Source of the DNA: Eledone cirrhosa
Lineage: Eukaryota
Assembly: GCA_964016885.1 (NCBI GenBank)
Contig: OZ024743.1
Span: forward strand, 375,720,001-375,784,000
Direction: 5' to 3'
DNA length: 64,000 bases
Below the pieces are notes generated by a model, which did not search any database, was not told where the DNA came from, and was given only the letters and a program-made list of their open reading frames with translations. A program made the position numbers and the translations under genes. Positions 57,295-64,000 of this stretch are shown piece after piece (position 1 is the first letter of the stretch; every line of letters begins with the position of its first letter).

Positions 57295-59424
57295 CATGCC
57301 CGCATATATATATGCACGTATGGATTCACCGAACATTTATTATAATGCTCGGTGTGTTTGTAAACAAACATCCCGTATTAAGCCGTAGTGTCTAGCAACC
57401 ACCGTTGCTCGTTTGTTCAACACTGACAAAGGAACGCTCTACTAGTTTCAAGCTTGTTAGCTATCGTCAGCAACGTATACCTTCCTGCCAGATTGTTGAA
57501 CGTATATACTTACCTTATGCATATTAACGGCTGAGTAGCCCAATTTGCATATCGAGTGGGTTAATCGGCCGGGTGCACCGAAAACGATAAACGAACAAAA
57601 ATGAAACGATATTTCATTTCCCACTCTTAGTACGGCTGTTACTTAAATATAAGTATGTACACGTACATACATATATGTATACCGACGTACAGTAGTATGT
57701 ATATATATATATATATATATATACATACATGCACACATATATATATGCACGTATGGATTCACCGAACATTTATTATAATGCTCAGTGTGTTTGTAAACAA
57801 ACATCCCATATTAAGCCGTAGTGTCTAGCAACCACCGTTGCTCATTTGTTCAACACTGACAAACGAACGCTGTACTAGTTTCAAGCTTGTTAGCTATCGT
57901 CAGCAACGTATACCTTCCTGCCAGATTGTTGAACGTATATACTTACCTTATGCATATTAACAGCTGAGTAGCCCAATTTGCATATCGAGTGGGTTAATCG
58001 GCCGGGTGCGCCGAAAGGGATAAATGGAAAAAAAGAAACGATATTTCATTTCCCACTCTTAGTACGGCTGTTACTTAAATATAAGTATGTACACGTACAT
58101 ACATATATGTATACCGACGTACAGTAGTATGTATATATATATATATATACATACATGCACACATATATATATGCACGTATGGATTCACCGAACATTTATT
58201 ATAATGCTCGGTGTGTTTGTAAACAAACATCCCGTATTAAGCCGTAGTGTCTAGCAACCACCGTTGCTCGTTTGTTCAACACTGACAAAGGAACGCTGTA
58301 CTAGTTTCAAGCTTGTTAGCTATCGTCAGCAACGTATACCTTCCTGCCAGATTGTTGAACATATATACTTACCTTATGCATATTAACGGCTGAGTAGCCC
58401 AATTTGCATATCGAGTGGGTTAATCGGCCGGGTTAATCGGCCGGGTGCACCGAAAGCGATAAACGGAAAAAATGAACCGATATTTCATTTCCCACTCTTA
58501 GTACGGCTGTTACTTAAATATAAGTATGTACACGTACATACATATATGTATACCGACGTACAGTAGTATGTATATATATATATATACATACATGCACACA
58601 TATATATATGCACGTATGGATTCACCGAACATTTATTATAATGCTCGGTGTGTTTGTAAACAAACATCCCGTATTAAGCCGTAGTGTCTAGCAACCACCG
58701 TTGCTCGTTTGTTCAACACTGACAAAGGAACGCTGTACTAGTTTCAAGCTTGTTAGCTATCGTCAGCAACGTATACCTTCCTGCCAGATTGTTGAACGTA
58801 TATACTTACCTTATGCATATTAACAGCTGAGTAGCCCAATTTGCATATCGAGTGGGTTAATCGGCCGGGTGCACCGAAAACGATAAACGGAAAAAATGAA
58901 ACGATATTTCATTTCCCACTCTTAGTACGGCTGTTACTTAAATATAAGTATGTACACGTACATACATATATGTATACCGATGTACAGTAGTATGTATATA
59001 TATATATATATATATATACATACATGCACACATATATATATATGCACGTATGGATTCACAGAACATTTATTATAATGCTCGGTGTGTTTGTAAACAAACA
59101 TCCCGTATTAAGCCGTAGTGTCTAGCAACCACCGTTGCTCGTTTGTTCAACACTGACAAAGGAACGCTGTACTAGTTTCAAGCTTGTTAGCTATCGTCAG
59201 CAACGTATACCTTCCTGCCAGATTGTTGAACGTATATACTTACCTTATGCATATTAACGGCTGAGTAGCCCAATTTGCATATCGAGTGGGTTAATCGGCC
59301 GGGTGCACCGAAAACGATAAACGGAAAAAAGGAAACGATATTTCATTTCCCACTCTTAGTACGGCTGTTACTTAAATATAAGTATGTACACGTACATACA
59401 TATATGTATACCGACGTACCGTAG

Positions 59425-59462
<38 letters not shown>
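34237..59462 (-). repeat. Tandem array of about 59 monomers of ~430 bp, each with a type I hammerhead ribozyme (retrozyme-like satellite)
   Basis: ~430-bp period throughout (for example ORF ends 41367, 41797, 42227), highly similar copies, internal variable (TA)n, and a hammerhead fold in each unit. Copy number is estimated from length, not counted. Confidence 0.95.
36441..36527 (-). ncRNA. Representative monomer hammerhead ribozyme (type I); predicted cleavage between 36466 and 36465
   Basis: Minus strand: GUUCAACA AU CUGGCA GG AAGG UAU ACGUUG - CUGACGA - U AGCU AACA AGCU U - GAAA - CUAG - UA / CAGCGU U CCUU UGUCAG UGUUGAAC. Four consecutive helices in stem I, including G-U pairs. Confidence 0.85.
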
Positions 59463-59466
<4 letters not shown>

Positions 59467-60360
59467 GGAGGTGAGTTTTATTGTAGTACAATAAAGCAAT
59501 GCAGATATCGGATAAGAAGCACTCTACAGTTTGTGGGACTGGAGTATGCATAATATAAGATCAAAAGATGGTTAAAGGAGTTCCATATATTTTATTATGC
59601 GCATTTCAATAACAAACATCATCAAGCAATAATATTTCTGTTTTCATCAGATAAAACAGGAGAACATGATATGAAGGCTAAAAAACACTTGTTGTTAGTG
59701 CAGTTTTAAATCAACATATGAAAAGTGGTTTTAGATTGATGTGTGATATTGGGAAAAATATTTTATTTAGAGAGGGGGGGAAGGATGAAAAGGGAAGGAG
59801 AAGAAAGGGAGAGATGGGTGATAGAGAGAAAGAGATAGTTTTTATAACTGAGAGGAGATATAATTTTTACATAGAGGGGTTGAAAACCGTTGGAAGATAC
59901 TGTATAAACTAAAAATTTTGAAAATTAACGAAGGGAGGATATGTGCGAGGAAAAAATATTTTATTTAGGGAGGAGGATGAAAAAAAGGGGGGAGGAGATG
60001 AGAGTGAAGGTGGAGAGGGAGAGATGGGTGATAGAGAGAAAGAGATAGTTTTTATAACTGAGAAAAAGATATATTGTTTTAATATAGAGAGGTTGGGAAC
60101 CGTTGGAAGATAATGTATAAATTAAAGGAATTTGAAAATTAACGAAGGGAAATTATGTATGAAGATAGAGAGAAAAAAATAATAATTGTGGGTGAATATT
60201 CTAACGTCAAAAGAAGAAATGTATGTATTGTGGCAATTTCAAAATTAGCGAAGAGAAAAATTGTTACGGTTTGTGTGTAGAAGGATTTGAGAAAAATAAT
60301 GTGAAGTTAAAGTTTGTATATTGAATTGATATGTATTAATAATGAGTTCGTTGATAAAAT
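59463..60360 (-). mobile_element. Inverted copy of the Penelope 3' UTR + pseudo-LTR
   Basis: 59463-59765 is the reverse complement of ~60367-60665; ~59780-60352 is the reverse complement of ~63415-64000. Confidence 0.9.
59590..59656 (-). ncRNA. Type I hammerhead in the inverted pLTR
   Basis: Reverse complement of the 60472-60538 motif with about 2 substitutions in stem II. Confidence 0.78.
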
Positions 60361-60471
60361 AAATAAAATATTTTTCCCAATATCACACATCAATCTAAAA
60401 CCACTTTTCATATGTTGATTTAAAACTTCACTATCAACAAGTGTTTTTAACCTTCATATCATGTTCTCCTG

Positions 60472-60538
60472 TTTTATCTGATGAAAACACAAATATTATT
60501 GCTTGATGATGTTTGTTTTTGAAATGCGCATAATAAAA
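60472..60538 (+). ncRNA. Type I hammerhead ribozyme in the Penelope pLTR; predicted cleavage after 60532
   Basis: UUUUAU/AUAAAA stem I, CUGAUGA, ~16-bp stem II with G-U pairs, GAAA, palindromic AUGCGCAU stem III, AUA triplet. Confidence 0.82.
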
Positions 60539-60684
60539 TAAATGGAACTCCTTTAACCATCTTTTGATCTTATATTATGCATACTCCAGTCCCACAAACT
60601 GTAGAGTGCTTCTTATCCGATATCTGCATTGCTTTATTGTACTACAATAAAACTCACCTCCTACATTAACTTGCTCCTTAACGG

Positions 60685-62688
60685 TTGAGCGTTTACTCTC
60701 ATATTGGATACCTTTTGATGGTCCTTCACCTCTTCTTCTACAACATGGATTATTACAACATAACCAATTCAACTAAAGACATTCCTATACCTGGTAAATC
60801 CGAATTCACCAAACTTCTTATTGAAAAAACTGACTCCTTCGTAAGAAGACTTAGATGGACAGCCTATTTCTATGACCAGCGCCTAAAAGGGAACTTTCAT
60901 ACCAAAGAACACAACTTCCTCGATCATCTTTTTAATTCTAGACGAAATCCTCCTTCCAACAAAAATCTAGCACAATTCGAGGAAGAATTAACTAAAATAA
61001 TAAAAAATCTTAAATTCAAGAGATACCCTTACAAAGGACAAGAGCACCTTGTAAATCTCAAGAACACAATCTCTAACCTAAATTCCTCAAAAAATGTTTT
61101 AGTCCACTCTGACAAAACCAATAACCTATATGGTATTTCCAAGGATAATTATAACAACCTTATCCTAAAGGAACTTAGGAAAAAGTATCGTAAAACCAAC
61201 CATGAAAATTTAGAATGCATAAACCTTGAAGCCTATGAGATTATGTCAAAACTTGGCATTGAAAAAAAGACCGAACCATTCCTCCCAAGAACTCCGAGGA
61301 TAAATCTCAAGGATCACAAAAACAATTTTCGCACTGAACTACCTGTTAGATTAATCGCCCCCTCTAAATCTGATCTGGGGGTTGTTAGTAAAGCCATCTT
61401 GGATAGGATTATCCCACAGGTGAGTTCTAATTGCTCTTCTTTAAACCTAAATTTATGGTTTGGTACTTCTGAAGTGATTGGCTGGTTCAACAAATTGGAT
61501 AATAAAAACAAACTAAAATTTATTCAATTCGATATTGCCAGCTACTATTCCTCCATTTCGCCTTCACTTCTCAATAATGCTCTATCTTTCGCACTTAAAT
61601 ATTCTGACATCACCACAGATGAACTTCACATCATCCTCACCGCACGTAAAACCATCCTAGAGTTCAACAACGAATATTGGACCAGAGCCGATACCTCTAA
61701 CAACTTCGACATCACAATGGGAGCATCCGATTCATCCCAATTGACCGATTTAATTGGTATCTTCATTTTGAACTCTTTGAGTCGGAAAATTCCTCAACTT
61801 CGCGGTGGAATTTATCGTGACGATGGACTCTTTACTATCCTAAATTGCAATATAGTTAAACTTAATATTATTAAGAACAATATACGTAATCTCTTTAACC
61901 AACATAACCTAAAAATTGAATTTGATAATAGTATCAAACTAGCTAATTTCTTGGATGTATCTCTTAATCTTGACACTGGCCTATATTACCCTTACCATAA
62001 AAACAATGAGAATCTTAATTATGTTAACTTTAAATCTAACCATCCTACCAATATCAAGAATGCTATAGTTAATAATATTGGAAATAGAATATCTAACATA
62101 TCTTCTAATAAAAACATCTTTGATGCTAACGCCAATTACTATAATAACGCACTTTCTAAAGCCGGCTATCCAGATAAAATCAAATATAATAAAGAAACAA
62201 ATTCTAGGAAAACTTACAGTAGAATAATTAATCATGACCATTCCAATAATTTTAATAAAAGACCTAGATACAAAAACATAATCTGGTATAATGCTCCTTT
62301 CTCCATCTCTATTAATAACAATATTCCTAAATTATTTTTTAGTGCCTTAAATAAATGCTTCCCTCCCTCACATATCTATAGTAAAATATTTAACAAACAC
62401 ACCATCAAATTTTCGTATTCTACATCCTCCAATATTTCCAACATCATCTCTAAACACAACAACAAAATATTAAATACTAAATCTCTTCCTTCCAATATTG
62501 AATTTCATAATAACAGTAATAGTACTCCCGACGTCATTGTAAACCCTAGGCTAATTTCTGTAAACCCAAATACAACGTCAAACACAACTTCGCTAAATGT
62601 TCATAATCCAACTCTAAATCAAGAAACTATTATTCCTTATTATTCCTATCGCAAACAACTTCTCCAATCCAATTCCTTCTATAGATAA
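60685..62688 (+). CDS. Penelope-like reverse transcriptase (YRDD type); true start probably the ATG at 60718 or 60745
   Basis: 667-aa ORF with SDKT, KDHK, VRLIAP, FIQFDIASYYSSI, FDITMG, GIYRDDGL, NFLDVSLNL, SNHP, IIWYNAPFS. Confidence 0.9.
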   Translation: MSVYSHIGYLLMVLHLFFYNMDYYNITNSTKDIPIPGKSEFTKLLIEKTDSFVRRLRWTAYFYDQRLKGNFHTKEHNFLDHLFNSRRNPPSNKNLAQFEEELTKIIKNLKFKRYPYKGQEHLVNLKNTISNLNSSKNVLVHSDKTNNLYGISKDNYNNLILKELRKKYRKTNHENLECINLEAYEIMSKLGIEKKTEPFLPRTPRINLKDHKNNFRTELPVRLIAPSKSDLGVVSKAILDRIIPQVSSNCSSLNLNLWFGTSEVIGWFNKLDNKNKLKFIQFDIASYYSSISPSLLNNALSFALKYSDITTDELHIILTARKTILEFNNEYWTRADTSNNFDITMGASDSSQLTDLIGIFILNSLSRKIPQLRGGIYRDDGLFTILNCNIVKLNIIKNNIRNLFNQHNLKIEFDNSIKLANFLDVSLNLDTGLYYPYHKNNENLNYVNFKSNHPTNIKNAIVNNIGNRISNISSNKNIFDANANYYNNALSKAGYPDKIKYNKETNSRKTYSRIINHDHSNNFNKRPRYKNIIWYNAPFSISINNNIPKLFFSALNKCFPPSHIYSKIFNKHTIKFSYSTSSNISNIISKHNNKILNTKSLPSNIEFHNNSNSTPDVIVNPRLISVNPNTTSNTTSLNVHNPTLNQETIIPYYSYRKQLLQSNSFYR

Positions 62689-63148
62689 CACTAGATCACT
62701 CATTAATAATCTCTCTAATTGCAACTGCCGCATTAAAAATAAATGTCCTCTCAACAACCATTGCCTCGATAAAAACTTAATTTATGAATGTAAAATTATA
62801 ACTCGCACCAATTCCTTCACCTATTTTGGCTCCACTTCCACCGCTTTTAAAGCTCGTCTCTATAATCATCATTCATCTTTCAAATACAAACTTAAAAGAA
62901 CTAACACTGCTCTCTCAGAACTCATATGGTCCTTAAAAGACAAAAACATTAAATATAACATCTTTTGGAAAAAGATTTCTTCTGCATCCTCATACTTGAA
63001 CAGCTCTCTATCTAAAATCTGTAATCTCTGCCTAAATGAAAAATTTTCCATTATCTCTAACCTAGATTCTATAATAAATAGACGCTCAGATTTGTTTTCT
63101 ATCTGCCTGCATAAATTCCATAGAACTTTTCACAAAGTATACAGTTAA
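62642..63148 (+). CDS. Cys-rich linker + GIY-YIG endonuclease of the same PLE, in a shifted frame
   Basis: Manual translation: ...CNCRIKNKCPLNNHCLDKNLIYECKI..TYFGSTSTAFKARLYNHHSSF...TALSELIW...CNLCLNEK...CLHK..VYS* (TAA at 63146-63148). Confidence 0.88.
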   Translation: MPIANNFSNPIPSIDNTRSLINNLSNCNCRIKNKCPLNNHCLDKNLIYECKIITRTNSFTYFGSTSTAFKARLYNHHSSFKYKLKRTNTALSELIWSLKDKNIKYNIFWKKISSASSYLNSSLSKICNLCLNEKFSIISNLDSIINRRSDLFSICLHKFHRTFHKVYS

Positions 63149-64000
63149 TATTCAATTCTTTATCAATTTAGAATCTTTTCTCAAAGGCACATATACATAC
63201 ACCTCTTTAAAATATACCCATCTACCTTACTTTAAAGGGCATTATACACTCTATAATACTCGTTTATTCATTACCCTCATTCTATCTTCTCGTAAAATAA
63301 TATTTGTTTTTGACATTTTGAATATTCATCCGCAATCATTATTATTTTTTCTCTCTATCAAAAATCTTTTTAATCTCAATTTCATCCTTAATTTATTATT
63401 ATTTTTTTTCTCCCCATCGACGAACTCATTATTAATACATATCAATTCAATATACAAACTTTAACTTCACATTATTTTTCTCAAATCCTTCTACACACAA
63501 ACCTTAACAATTTTTCTCTTCGCTAATTTTGAAATTGCCACAATACATACATTTCTTCTTTTAACGTTAGAATATTCACCCACAATTATTATTTTTTTCT
63601 CTCTATCTTCATACATAATTTCCCTTCGTTAATTTTCAAATTCCTTTAATTTATACATTATCTTCCAACGGTTCCCAACCTCTCTATATTAAAACAATAT
63701 ACCTTTTTCTCAGTTGTAAAAACTATCTCTTTCTCTCTATCACCCATCTCTCCCTCTCCACCTTCACTCTCATCTCCTCCTCCCTTTTTTTCATCCTTCC
63801 CCCCCCCCCCTCCCTAAATAAAATATTTTTCCTCGCACATATCCTCCCTTCGTTAATTTTCAAAATTTTTTAATTTATACAGTATCTTCCAACGGTTTTC
63901 AACCCCTCTATGTAAAAATTATATCTCCTCTCAGTTATAAAAACTATCTCTTTCTCTCTATCACCCATCTCTCCCTTTCATCTCCTTCCCTTTTCATCCT

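Larger units (their letters stand above)
60367..64000 (+). mobile_element. Near full-length Penelope-like element (pLTR, RT-GIY-YIG ORF, 3' UTR; runs off the window)
   Basis: pLTR 60367-60665 with hammerhead; RT ORF; C-terminal GIY-YIG; inverted upstream duplication typical of PLEs. Confidence 0.93.

Noticed and set aside
34237-59462. Repeated 60-77 aa ORFs ([12 protein letters not shown]...) as a tandem peptide gene family
   Set aside because: They run through a variable (TA)n tract that shifts frame between copies; a by-product of the repeat.
34237-59462. U1 snRNA, spliced-leader RNA, 5S or tRNA gene array
   Set aside because: The ATACTTACCT match to U1 stops after 10 nt. There is no Sm site (RAU4-6GR) downstream of the minus-strand donor, and no 5S, tRNA or A/B-box similarity was seen.
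34237-59462. CRISPR array
   Set aside because: Whole units are repeated with no unique spacers, there are no cas genes, and the context is eukaryotic.
60685-63148. Selenocysteine (UGA) recoding as reported for some Naiad PLEs
   Set aside because: No in-frame TGA seen; the break is a 10-bp duplication frameshift ending at TAA.

Overview
This is gene-poor, AT- and microsatellite-rich animal DNA. The SINE/RTE repertoire and the (TA)n/(CA)n density suggest an octopus or other cephalopod (inference). No host protein-coding gene is supportable. Bases 1-34 kb are a mosaic of tRNA-SINEs, RTE, CR1 and Tx1/L1 LINE fragments, Penelope-like (PLE) remnants and a broken Helitron. Bases 34.2-59.5 kb are a ~25 kb head-to-tail array of about 59 monomers of ~430 bp. 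Each monomer carries a type I hammerhead ribozyme on the minus strand (CUGACGA / stem II / GAAA / ACUAGU / GUA cleavage site, long extended stem I), so the array looks like a retrozyme-type self-cleaving satellite with higher-order repeat structure. The array is interrupted at a monomer's internal (TA)n by a near-intact PLE (RT + GIY-YIG, one 10-bp duplication frameshift) whose inverted pseudo-LTRs carry their own hammerheads. Several other PLE-type hammerheads are scattered through the left half. All structures were paired by eye, and boundaries are approximate unless stated.
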